Notes: generated by a model from the letters alone, not told the origin. A DNA stretch of 37,240 bases from a virus (IMGVR_UViG_3300043442_000183:1-37240), one strand, 5' to 3'; numbered from the stretch's first letter, positions 19,815-28,207 are shown. Program-made: numbers and translations.

Positions 19815-21545
19815 TTACCCTGCAATAGATGCGAGTAATGACGCTATATCTGGACGAGAGCCAGCAGCAGGGGCCGCACCCATTTGTTCTGGAGTTGGCT
19901 GCGAGGCAGGAACGGGGGCCATACCTGCTGCTGGAACTTCTGCGCCCATCGGCACTTCTGGTTGTGGTTCAGGGGAAGGGAATACTTCCTGAACAATCGT
20001 CTCTAGTTGCTTACCTTTTTGACGACCTTTGATTACTTCGGCGATTCGGGAAACGATTTGAGAAGGATCTTGACCTTGTGCTGCAATCGCTGGAATAGCC
20101 TGGGCGTACTGAGCAACAGCAACACGCAAAGAATCGCGCATCTCTTCAATATCCACACGCTGTTCTTCTTGAGTGACATTGAGCTCCATTGGGATTTCAC
20201 GACGTACATAGTCGCGGCTTACAAGTTTATCGCTACGCATCTGTAGCAAAGCAATGATGGCGTTGTTGGGATTCATTCCAGACATAATGCCGTAACGAAC
20301 ATCTACGCCGTATTCACCAGCAATCTGCTTGCTTGGTACATACTTCATATTGAACGGTGTACCGTCATCTACGCCTTTGATTTCCTTGGTCATAGAGCCA
20401 AAGATTTTCTCGTCTACTTCAAAGCAGAGAGAAACAAGTTCAGTAAATAGGCGTGCAAACTGTGCTTGTGCTGCACGTACTTGGGTATCAAAGCCTGCTT
20501 GGAGTGCTTGAACTCCACGACCTGTGATGATGGAAGCATCGACATTACCGCTGCGTACTTCTGGATAACGAGCGCCGAGACGAAGTTCACGCTCTAGGAC
20601 ACCAGATTCAGTAAAGACTCCAGGTGGTAGTTCTAGCGGTACGCGACGGATTGCTTGTGGATTAGCAGAGCGCATAATCGCATCAGGGCCGAGTGCAAGT
20701 TCTTGTACATCCTGTGGAATAGCAATCGGTGCTTGGATAGACTTCTCTGCTGCTTGAATTTGTAGAACGGCAAAGCGAGCGCGAGCAAGTTGTACAGCCA
20801 AGATGTCATCAAACTGACCGCGTGCTTCGCCATCTAAGGATGAGCGAACTGCAACACGTGCCATACATTTGCCAACAGCATTAGGCAAGTTAGAAAGAAT
20901 AAGGTTGTTGCGGTCTGGTACGTAGATAAGATCTTGGTCTTTATCGTGGTAGCGAACCATCGTGATATATGGCGAGCCTGATGCGTACTGATTCTTTGCA
21001 ACAATCTGGTTGTAGAACTCTGGGTATTGCATTGCCAAAGATTCAGCATCAGTATTGACTACCTGAGTGATAGAGATGCAACGACCGAAGCGGTCAAGTT
21101 CAGGATAGACACCGAATGGATTGAGCAAGCGGATACGTGGATTGTTTGTCTCGTAATCCATCTCTACGATTGCTGGAAGCATACCGTAGGTGTTGAACCA
21201 GTCAGCGCCTGTATACATCTGAATTTGTAGTTCAGACATTGAAACATAATAGTTGGCGATACGAGTTCTAGTATCTGCACTCTTGCGTGCTGAGTCTGAA
21301 ACCATATTGGTAGCAGCGCAGTTGAATGATGGAAGCGGAGCCATAACCTCAGCGAGGTCACGAGCTGCTACATCTACGAAGTTAGCAACAAGAGGCTTTG
21401 GGTATTCTTCTGAGAACATCGCAGGATAGACCTTGCTGATGTCTCCTTGACGCACCGATAGCACGTCACGCATACGTTGATCGCGTGCAGCATAACGCGA
21501 CTGAAGTCGCGCTACCTTAGCGATTACCTCTTTGGTTGATAACAT
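19815..21545 (-). CDS. Portal protein
   Basis: 576 aa after terminase; P22/T7-like size, ITGRGVQAL motif and Pro/Ala/Gln-rich tail. Confidence 0.82.
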   Translation of the reverse strand: MLSTKEVIAKVARLQSRYAARDQRMRDVLSVRQGDISKVYPAMFSEEYPKPLVANFVDVAARDLAEVMAPLPSFNCAATNMVSDSARKSADTRTRIANYYVSMSELQIQMYTGADWFNTYGMLPAIVEMDYETNNPRIRLLNPFGVYPELDRFGRCISITQVVNTDAESLAMQYPEFYNQIVAKNQYASGSPYITMVRYHDKDQDLIYVPDRNNLILSNLPNAVGKCMARVAVRSSLDGEARGQFDDILAVQLARARFAVLQIQAAEKSIQAPIAIPQDVQELALGPDAIMRSANPQAIRRVPLELPPGVFTESGVLERELRLGARYPEVRSGNVDASIITGRGVQALQAGFDTQVRAAQAQFARLFTELVSLCFEVDEKIFGSMTKEIKGVDDGTPFNMKYVPSKQIAGEYGVDVRYGIMSGMNPNNAIIALLQMRSDKLVSRDYVRREIPMELNVTQEEQRVDIEEMRDSLRVAVAQYAQAIPAIAAQGQDPSQIVSRIAEVIKGRQKGKQLETIVQEVFPSPEPQPEVPMGAEVPAAGMAPVPASQPTPEQMGAAPAAGSRPDIASLLASIAG

Positions 21546-21550
21546 TGTCC

Positions 21551-21700
21551 CTACTTCTTCTTTAGTTTGATAACTGGCTTCTTACCAAAGCCCTTCATTG
21601 AAACATCTGTATCGCCTGGGTATTTCTTGTTCTTTGAAGGTAGGCTCTTGCCCTTACTGATTGCCGCATCAAGTGCGTTCATTTTCTTTTTGGCTGCCAT
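21551..21700 (-). CDS. Small Lys-rich protein (49 aa)
   Basis: Read by hand: MAAKKKMNALDAAISKGK...KYPGDTDV...KLKKK. Confidence 0.65.
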   Translation of the reverse strand: MAAKKKMNALDAAISKGKSLPSKNKKYPGDTDVSMKGFGKKPVIKLKKK

Positions 21701-21707
21701 TAGATTC

Positions 21708-22166
21708 CTAGTATCCGCTAATAAACTTATTCATTTTCTTTTTTGCTTCGCGTTTTGCAACTCCTGTAGCACGTGTTGCAGTTCTAGATCTTTCAGTACC
21801 AATCTGACGCGCTGTGGACTTGAGTGCTTGAGAGATTGCTTTCTTTGTTTGAGATGCAGACATACCAGCAGCCTGTGCTCGCTTCATCAAAAGGTCATAA
21901 GCATCTGAATCTACATTGCTATAACGTGCTTTAGCAATAGTTTTAGCAAAAGCCTTATCATCTGTTTCATATGCGCGAGATACATCTTTTACAGTTGCAC
22001 TCTTGATTTTTGTTTTCTTGGCTTTTTCTAAAGCCTTTGCTTTGTTATATTCAGCAGTAGTTTCTTTTTTGCCAGATTCACCAACAGCAGGTTTATCAAA
22101 ATAATTTGTTTTTTTGCCGTAGGCTTTTTGTCTTGCTTTCTTTGCTTTGTCTGATGCTGATGACAT
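21708..22166 (-). CDS. Lys/Ala-rich basic hypothetical protein
   Basis: 152 aa, AGGAG RBS. Confidence 0.65.
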   Translation of the reverse strand: MSSASDKAKKARQKAYGKKTNYFDKPAVGESGKKETTAEYNKAKALEKAKKTKIKSATVKDVSRAYETDDKAFAKTIAKARYSNVDSDAYDLLMKRAQAAGMSASQTKKAISQALKSTARQIGTERSRTATRATGVAKREAKKKMNKFISGY

Positions 22167-22174
22167 ATTGTCTC

Positions 22175-24034
22175 CTAGATGAACTGTCTGTCTTTTTCTG
22201 CAAGGAGTTCATCTATGTTGATGACCTTGCGCTTGCCACGTTCAAAGCGTGACAAAAATGGATTTCTCATATGGTGGGTAGTGTGGATGCCTTGGTTGAG
22301 CCACTCACGTGCTTTGATTTCACAGAACCATAAAGCCATCACCATATCGGTCTTACCCTTAGTGGTAGGTGACCAGGTAATAAGTTGCTCTATCAGGCTC
22401 TTGATATTTTCTGTCTGATCTGATGGGAGATGAATGATGTTATCTCGGTGGTGCTTACCATCGGGTTGCTTAGTACCAAAGAGGGTGGACATAGAAGCCA
22501 CACCAAAGCCTGCATCCCACTTATTGTTACCAGTGTGGTGTTCTCTTAGTACAGTTCCCTTCGATGCAAGGAATTGTCTAATTCCTTCATCTTGCGTGAG
22601 AAAAGATTGAAAGGCATTACGCTCCACGATCCATTCCGATGGTGCATATACGTGAGTCCAATCGGTAATGAGTTGCCTGATTTGTGCAGGCGTAGGACGC
22701 GTAATTTTGATAGCGTCAACAACGTAGCGCTTATGAGTAGACCTATCAACTGCATAACAGACTGCCGCTGTGTCTCCGACCATCGCTGGGTCCAATCCAC
22801 AAACAAAACTGAAACCGCCCAGGTCCCTGGGGTGACCTGGACTGCCAGGCACCAATCGACCTGCTTTTCGCATTCCATCGATAGAGCCTTTCACACAGAC
22901 AGGATCAAAGATTGCATCATCAGATATATCTTGCTGTTGATAAATCAAAGCCCAGGTGGAGGCATCCATAGCTTGACGCTCGTTGTATAAGTTGCGTCCA
23001 TTCCAGCGAGGCCATAGGCCTTCTTCTGTTTTCTGTTCTTCAGGTTGTCCATCAAAGGGTGCATCTGAATAAGGCCAAAGAGTGACCCACTTGTCAGGGT
23101 CTTCGTGTGGTTCAAGGAGCGCTGGCATTGCCAGGTATGTCCAAGGAACTAAGCCGCCAGGGTAGCGGTCTTGTGATCTAAGTTCTTTATACAGGTCTAC
23201 CGCTGATACGCGGGTACCAATAACGATGAGTTTACCTGTCGGGTTGAGACGGCTTCTAACATCTTGGGTGAGCCACTTGATTTGTCGTTCAAAGTCATTT
23301 GCGTTACTCAAGGTTACTGCGTCATCTATGATAATCATATCTGCACGCTTACCGTAAATCTGACCGCCAATACCTACGGCTTCAATGTTCGGGTCCTTCT
23401 CAGATGACTCACGGAGTTCATCACCAAAGGTAACACGGGTAGCCTGCCAGGAGGCTGTCTTAGATTTGAACCCAACCCCAGCGGCGTAGGCCTGCTGTAG
23501 TTCTTCGTACATTGGATGCGTCAGTCGCTGCTTGATAGCATAAAGGAAGTCTGCGGCTAGACGCTGGGTTTGGGAAACTATGAGAACTCTAAAGTTCGGG
23601 TTATTGACAATCTTCCAGGTGACGTAGTCAACGGTGACCGTCATTGACTTGGCGTGGTTTGGCGGAATATTGATAAGGATGCGGTTATTAGCCAAGCCCT
23701 TTTCGTACTTCATCGAAGAATGAAGCCAGCTAGGGTCACGGCCTTCAATAACATCTATCAGGTTCTGCTGATGTGGAAAAGTCTTGGAACGTAGGAAGCG
23801 TTCACGGAACTGAGCAAAGGTCAGTTCGTCTAAGGTCTTCTCTATAAAGGAAGCTCCGCGTAAACCTAGGCGGGTTCTATCAACTTTATCTTTGAAAGCG
23901 GGATCTGTACGGCGGTAATACTCATAGGACTTATAGCTCTTACCAGCAGAGGCGACAGCCTGCTCTACCGTCATACCTTCTGCGATAGCAGATAGGATAA
24001 CTCGCTTGGCTATATCGGAGGTATTCTCTGGCAT
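22175..24034 (-). CDS. terL: Terminase large subunit with an N-terminal HTH-like extension
   Basis: Walker A INIPPNHAKS, G.RADMIIIDD Walker B, VIGTR coupling motif, nuclease GLDPA...DMVMALW. Confidence 0.92.
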   Translation of the reverse strand: MPENTSDIAKRVILSAIAEGMTVEQAVASAGKSYKSYEYYRRTDPAFKDKVDRTRLGLRGASFIEKTLDELTFAQFRERFLRSKTFPHQQNLIDVIEGRDPSWLHSSMKYEKGLANNRILINIPPNHAKSMTVTVDYVTWKIVNNPNFRVLIVSQTQRLAADFLYAIKQRLTHPMYEELQQAYAAGVGFKSKTASWQATRVTFGDELRESSEKDPNIEAVGIGGQIYGKRADMIIIDDAVTLSNANDFERQIKWLTQDVRSRLNPTGKLIVIGTRVSAVDLYKELRSQDRYPGGLVPWTYLAMPALLEPHEDPDKWVTLWPYSDAPFDGQPEEQKTEEGLWPRWNGRNLYNERQAMDASTWALIYQQQDISDDAIFDPVCVKGSIDGMRKAGRLVPGSPGHPRDLGGFSFVCGLDPAMVGDTAAVCYAVDRSTHKRYVVDAIKITRPTPAQIRQLITDWTHVYAPSEWIVERNAFQSFLTQDEGIRQFLASKGTVLREHHTGNNKWDAGFGVASMSTLFGTKQPDGKHHRDNIIHLPSDQTENIKSLIEQLITWSPTTKGKTDMVMALWFCEIKAREWLNQGIHTTHHMRNPFLSRFERGKRKVINIDELLAEKDRQFI

Positions 24035-24219
24035 TATGTCCTAACGGGTTCTGGGCAGAATACACCCAACTAAAAGAGGCTCCGCTTGAGCCTCATCATA
24101 CGATTCGGCCTCGCTCCGCTAGGAGCGCTCACCGCTACCTCCCTAACGGGCGTAGCGTGAGCGTAGCGTCGCAAATGCTAGGGCTGTTCCGCATTTGCTC
24201 CCATATACTGTATTAGGCA

Positions 24220-24250
24220 GGAAAAAAAAGCGGTTTCCCGCTTTTCTTCC
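24220..24250. terminator. Bidirectional intrinsic terminator-like hairpin
   Basis: GGAAAAAAAAGCGG-TTTC-CCGCTTTTCTTCC, flanked by A and T tracts. Confidence 0.6.
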
Positions 24251-24265
24251 AAAAATCTTTATAGA

Positions 24266-24281
24266 TGTGACTAACGTCACA
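24266..24281. promoter_or_regulatory. CRP/GlxR-type binding site
   Basis: Perfect TGTGA-N6-TCACA (TGTGACTAACGTCACA) in the non-coding late/early junction. Confidence 0.6.
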
Positions 24282-24656
24282 GATATAGGCAGTTTAGACT
24301 GGAAAATGGATCCACTTTAGTGGAGATATTTTGTTGGGGTACATATACTGAGTAGTTCCTTTATTTATCAACGCGGGGTCGCTCGTTTCGCGCCACAGCG
24401 CGACGCTCGCGCCCTACTTTCGTGGGTGGAAAGGGAAGAAGGTGGGGGAAAGTGGTGGGGCTTGCTAACCCTACGGCACCCCTCCCTCCCTCAATAATCT
24501 TTCCCTCAATCTAATAAACCGCGCCAGCTCTGGACCGATAGGGACCAGAGATACCAGCGCCACTGGTCCCAGCTCCCGCGAGATAGTTGAACTTTCAACC
24601 AACTCTCAACCAGTACTCAAGACTTCATCCCGTGAATAGTCTGACCAGACATAACC

Positions 24657-24705
24657 GACACGCCGCAGCTTTACGGGTTGACACTTACCCTAACTATGGT
24701 AAATT
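24657..24705 (+). promoter_or_regulatory. Strong housekeeping-sigma early promoter with GACAC motifs
   Basis: TTGACA (24678-83), 16 nt, TAAATT (24700-05) preceded by TGG (extended -10); CGACACGCCG at 24657-66. Confidence 0.75.
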
Positions 24706-24754
24706 GAGCTCACTGGCCCACTTGGACCAGATGAACCGAGAAGGGAAAACTAGA

Positions 24755-24943
24755 ATGAAGCAAGTAACTAAGTCAGAGCTCAACCAGCTTGCAGTCAGTG
24801 GAAAGTCAGCTCTTGCAATTATTCAACGAGCTATCAAAGAGGAAAACTATGATGAAGCTCTAGAGTACTGGGCCTATCTCAACCATATGGTGACGGGCCT
24901 AAAGCTCGGAATCGATGCACGCCGCGTTCAGAAGGGAGCATAA
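24755..24943 (+). CDS. Early hypothetical protein (62 aa)
   Basis: ATG at 24755 with GAAGGG RBS; the track's start at 24587 lies upstream of the promoter. Confidence 0.7.
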   Translation: MKQVTKSELNQLAVSGKSALAIIQRAIKEENYDEALEYWAYLNHMVTGLKLGIDARRVQKGA

Positions 24944-24945
24944 CC

Positions 24946-25134
24946 GTGACTCGTAAAGATTACGTTGAGCTAGCTAAGATTATGGCTAATCTCCGAGAGT
25001 ATATCGAGCCACGCACCCGTGAGGGTCGCGGCTTCGATGAGACTATATCCAAGCTCATTGACTGGCTATCAGAGGATAACCCCCGCTTCGATGCAGCTCG
25101 CTTCGAGTCTGCGATATACGACTCCCGCGCCTAG
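24946..25134 (+). CDS. Early conserved phage protein (MTRKDY...DNPRFD..RF family)
   Basis: Recognisable motif; GAAGGG RBS. Confidence 0.75.
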   Translation: MTRKDYVELAKIMANLREYIEPRTREGRGFDETISKLIDWLSEDNPRFDAARFESAIYDSRA

Positions 25135-25186
25135 TTGCTGGACTATCGAGCACGGGCCTACCGTGCTCGGTGGCCTAGTCACTGGG
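25130..25186 (+). other. Long intergenic RNA hairpin 1 (RNase III-like site)
   Basis: 26-position stem with G-U pairs and two mismatches, loop GCCTA. Confidence 0.65.
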
Positions 25187-25214
25187 ACTGGGAAAGAATG
25201 AAGGGAATCAAGCG

Positions 25215-25379
25215 ATGAAAGTTACACGGAAAGAGCTGATGGAGTTGGACCAGATGCTTCATCAAGCCTACGCGACGATAGCGTGTGGAATCGACCCCGT
25301 AGAGAATAAAGAGCTGATAGCTAGACTCGGAGAGAATATCCGAGCTATTCGAGCATATATTGAGGGAGCTAAGCGATGA
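25215..25379 (+). CDS. Early hypothetical protein (54 aa)
   Basis: Read by hand: MKVTRKELMELDQMLHQ...; GAAGGG RBS and ATGA overlap. Confidence 0.7.
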   Translation: MKVTRKELMELDQMLHQAYATIACGIDPVENKELIARLGENIRAIRAYIEGAKR

Positions 25380-25564
25380 GCGAGAGTCAGAGTCAGCTCA
25401 ATCTCACGGAGCTCATATTCCTCAAGAGCGTGTTAGAGAATAAGATTGAAGAATTAGAGAGTAAGGGGGAACCCTTGGGACCGCTGACGGACGCGCTGCG
25501 GAAAGTAAAGTCACAGCGTGAAGCAATTCTCACTAGTAATTGGCAAGAATCGAATCGGGCCTAG
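25376..25564 (+). CDS. Early hypothetical protein
   Basis: 62 aa, GAGGGAG RBS. Confidence 0.7.
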   Translation: MSESQSQLNLTELIFLKSVLENKIEELESKGEPLGPLTDALRKVKSQREAILTSNWQESNRA

Positions 25565-25620
25565 TTGCTGGACTATTACCCCAAGGGGGCGTACTCTTGG
25601 GGTAATGGCCTAGTCGCTAG
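25561..25620 (+). other. Long intergenic RNA hairpin 2 (RNase III-like site)
   Basis: 27-position stem; lower stem nearly identical to hairpin 1, upper stem different. Confidence 0.65.
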
Positions 25621-25655
25621 ATTAGCGGCGGGATAGCTTGAAGGGAGCTAGTTAG

Positions 25656-26363
25656 ATGGACACTATAAACGCAACGCGTACCGAGCAAGTAATTTATGAG
25701 ATGCTGACTGAAAGTACGGGCCGCCATATTCTCGACTCTGGCGGGGAGAATGGTAGAGCGTGGCAGCGTAACCAAGCGCTGACGCTCGACGACTTCCGCA
25801 ATGAAGCGCGAACCACTTTCGACGTGAAGTGGGGCGACGTTACCGTATCGCTCTTTCATCACTTGGTAGACCGTCTCAAGTATGAAGAGCGGGAGAATGC
25901 CTACTTTCACGAGTGGGCCAAAGATAAAGACGATTACTGGCTTCAGCTCGTGGAAGATTACGCAGACTTCAGAGGATGGACCGTTGCATTCTCGGAGAAT
26001 AGCTATAACCGCGAATCTAATCTCTCGCAAGTCATCCAGTACACCGTCTATGACTCTGGCCTAGTGGCCCTGCAAGTACACGGGGGAGCTGACGTACGCG
26101 GCGGATATACCGCGCCCCGCATCTTCTCTATCGGTGACTTCTATGAACTAGCGCTGGAGAATGGGACTATCTATTGCACGGGCGATGCAGTCGATAGCGA
26201 TGGCCCGCACCGTCTCGACGGTAACGCTCACGAGTGGTATTACGAGGGAGAGTATTCCCGTGAGTATTCTCCCTATGCAATGAGCCAGCGCCGCGACCTA
26301 TTGAAGCTGGACTATCTACCGTGTCCAGTATGCGGCGCACCTATGAAGGATGGGGGCCAGTAA
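25656..26363 (+). CDS. Early acidic protein with C-terminal CPVC
   Basis: 235 aa; MLTESTG.HILDSGG..GR.WQRN and QVHGGADVRGGYT.P motifs; function unknown. Confidence 0.8.
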   Translation: MDTINATRTEQVIYEMLTESTGRHILDSGGENGRAWQRNQALTLDDFRNEARTTFDVKWGDVTVSLFHHLVDRLKYEERENAYFHEWAKDKDDYWLQLVEDYADFRGWTVAFSENSYNRESNLSQVIQYTVYDSGLVALQVHGGADVRGGYTAPRIFSIGDFYELALENGTIYCTGDAVDSDGPHRLDGNAHEWYYEGEYSREYSPYAMSQRRDLLKLDYLPCPVCGAPMKDGGQ

Positions 26364-26521
26364 TGAGACTTACACGACGTGGGAAGCTAGTCGCTGCCCT
26401 ACTGGTGGCAGCACTGGCCTACCTATGGATGAACGTTGAACCAATATATGGAGACTGTAGGCAGACTATCGAGGGAGAAGTCTGCATATTACAAGGATAC
26501 GAGTGGAAGGGAAGCAAATAA
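26363..26521 (+). CDS. Small membrane-anchored early protein
   Basis: MRLTRRG followed by a hydrophobic helix; TAATG coupling. Confidence 0.7.
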   Translation: MRLTRRGKLVAALLVAALAYLWMNVEPIYGDCRQTIEGEVCILQGYEWKGSK

Positions 26522-26682
26522 TGACACTGGATGAAGCCAAGAGAATCGTAGGGAATCAACCTACGTGGGCGCTGAAGAATATGGTCAGAGCTCTGAAGAT
26601 GCTCCCACTGATGAACACGGTGGAAGATGAGAAGCGCCTAGCGGCGGCAGTGCTAGTGATAAAGAGTAGGAGAGGAAAGTGA
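26521..26682 (+). CDS. Early hypothetical protein (53 aa)
   Basis: Read by hand: [25 protein letters not shown]...; GAAGGG RBS. Confidence 0.7.
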   Translation: MTLDEAKRIVGNQPTWALKNMVRALKMLPLMNTVEDEKRLAAAVLVIKSRRGK

Positions 26683-26870
26683 TGAAGCTATATGAGATGG
26701 CAATAGTGACTCAAGTACTCACGGTCCGAGCTAATAGTGAGGATGAAGCTGAAGCTAAGTATGAAGCATACTTCAGTGAGGAGGAGTGTCCCTGCGGGTC
26801 CGAGGGATGCGACTGCGTGGAAGATAGTGAAGATACCTACCATATAACTAGCGAGATAGGAGAAGGGTAA
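26682..26870 (+). CDS. Early acidic Cys-rich protein
   Basis: V.A.SEDEAE motif and CPC....CDC; coupled to both neighbours. Confidence 0.65.
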   Translation: MKLYEMAIVTQVLTVRANSEDEAEAKYEAYFSEEECPCGSEGCDCVEDSEDTYHITSEIGEG

Positions 26871-27031
26871 TGACTATAGATGAAGCACTGAAAGAGCTGG
26901 AGAGTAGGGAAAGAGAGTATGGCCTACGTTCCGAGAATCTAAGTAATGGCGACTCACTTTACTATGAAGGGTTGAGTGATGCGTATGGAGTGGCAAAGAA
27001 TCTACTGAAGGGAGTAAAGGGTAATGACTAA
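26870..27031 (+). CDS. Early hypothetical protein (53 aa)
   Basis: Read by hand: MTIDEALKELESRE...YYEGLSDAY; TAATG coupling. Confidence 0.65.
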   Translation: MTIDEALKELESREREYGLRSENLSNGDSLYYEGLSDAYGVAKNLLKGVKGND

Positions 27032-27218
27032 GTACTTAGCTAATGAGAATGGAGACTGGTGGGCAGTGGGAGAGGGAGAGGGTTATCTATTCCTGATAGA
27101 TGACACCGACCCAGCCATTGCTGAAGCAATGAAGAGTGAGGATGCGTCACCTAATGACGATAAGTTCGAGCGCTTCATCCAGCGTCACGGGAAGGTGGTG
27201 TATGTCGATGAATGCTGA
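27024..27218 (+). CDS. Early acidic hypothetical protein
   Basis: 64 aa, GAAGGGAG RBS. Confidence 0.7.
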   Translation: MTKYLANENGDWWAVGEGEGYLFLIDDTDPAIAEAMKSEDASPNDDKFERFIQRHGKVVYVDEC

Positions 27219-27465
27219 ATATAGATTCGACGTAATAGTGCGAGTAGAAGAGGATGACTATAAGCGGGTTGCAACGATGGAGATATATGACGTAGAAGAT
27301 AGCGACCCAGTGCGCCTACCAATAGCGGAAGAGAGTGTCCCTTATTACAAGGGGATGGACCTAGGTAGGTTGGGATGGCGAGCGTGGGACTTCATAGCTA
27401 TCCCTCCCGCACCAGAGCCAGAGATTGATGACCTAATCAAGATGGAGGAGGAGAGCAATGCCTAA
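27208..27465 (+). CDS. Early acidic hypothetical protein
   Basis: Likely start MNAEYRF at 27208. Confidence 0.6.
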   Translation: MNAEYRFDVIVRVEEDDYKRVATMEIYDVEDSDPVRLPIAEESVPYYKGMDLGRLGWRAWDFIAIPPAPEPEIDDLIKMEEESNA

Positions 27466-27733
27466 TCTCAAGCTGCGAGAAGAGCAATTACTAGCGCTCA
27501 CTGAAGAGGAGCGCGAGAATGGGGACGATAGCAACCCGATTCTGTACGCAGAGTCTGGGCCTAATCGATTCCATAGCATCACACTATTCTTCCCAGAGGG
27601 GGATGGCGTGAAGGTTGAGACTGACTTAGACCTAGACGTACGTACCGTTGAGTACTTCAACGATAGGGATACTATCGAGCTGACTGAAGGCCCTATCTAT
27701 GACTGGGCCGTTGAGATATATGAGAATGACTAG
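27458..27733 (+). CDS. Early highly acidic protein
   Basis: 91 aa, GGAGGAGG RBS. Confidence 0.7.
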   Translation: MPNLKLREEQLLALTEEERENGDDSNPILYAESGPNRFHSITLFFPEGDGVKVETDLDLDVRTVEYFNDRDTIELTEGPIYDWAVEIYEND

Positions 27734-27742
27734 GAGGAGAAA

Positions 27743-27922
27743 GTGAATAAAGAATATCTACAAGCCAAAGCTGACCTATGCAGGGACCTAGCTATCAAGC
27801 AGATGGTCGAGGGCAATAGCGGGGAAGCAGGGAAGAATCTCATCAGGATGGTGAACGCTCTCAACGAGCTAAGCCTTATCAATTACAAGGAGGAGAAGAA
27901 TGAAACTTGTAAACTTCTATGA
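27743..27922 (+). CDS. Early hypothetical protein (59 aa)
   Basis: Read by hand: GTG start behind AGGAGG, MNKEYLQAKADLCRDLA... Confidence 0.65.
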   Translation: MNKEYLQAKADLCRDLAIKQMVEGNSGEAGKNLIRMVNALNELSLINYKEEKNETCKLL

Positions 27923-28127
27923 AGTGATGGACCGCAAGGGAGATATAGCGTGGGGAGGAGCATCCTCAATGGAAGCCATCACGTGGTTCAGAAGAGGAAT
28001 AGATAGCTCCATCTTCGTATCAGTCTGGGACGAGGAGGACGGTGAGGACCCGCGTCTAGTAACCGACAAGATAGAGATAACGGGTGCAGTAATGGCAGCT
28101 CTTATGAGCGGGAGGTTTGGGTCGTGA
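27900..28127 (+). CDS. Hypothetical protein
   Basis: 75 aa, AAGGAGG RBS. Confidence 0.7.
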   Translation: MKLVNFYEVMDRKGDIAWGGASSMEAITWFRRGIDSSIFVSVWDEEDGEDPRLVTDKIEITGAVMAALMSGRFGS

Positions 28128-28207
28128 TATTCTTAGGCGTATTACTAATGACTATAGTCGCATATCTACTTATCGTATGGGAGGACAAGCTGAATGAACG
28201 AAGATAA
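28124..28207 (+). CDS. Micro membrane protein (27 aa)
   Basis: GTGA overlap, GGAGG RBS, MIFLGVLLMTIVAYLLIVWEDKLNERR. Confidence 0.55.
   Translation: MIFLGVLLMTIVAYLLIVWEDKLNERR

Noticed and set aside
24601-24625. ACTCAAG half-site resembling HspR or MerR operators
   Set aside because: No matching inverted half, so too degenerate to support.
24587-24754. 5' extension of the first early ORF
   Set aside because: It spans the promoter; the ATG at 24755 has the class-typical RBS.
25129-25620. Repeat pair as a mini-CRISPR array or att sites
   Set aside because: Only two copies, 430 bp apart with genes between them, and no cas operon or integrase; G-U pairing points to RNA structure.
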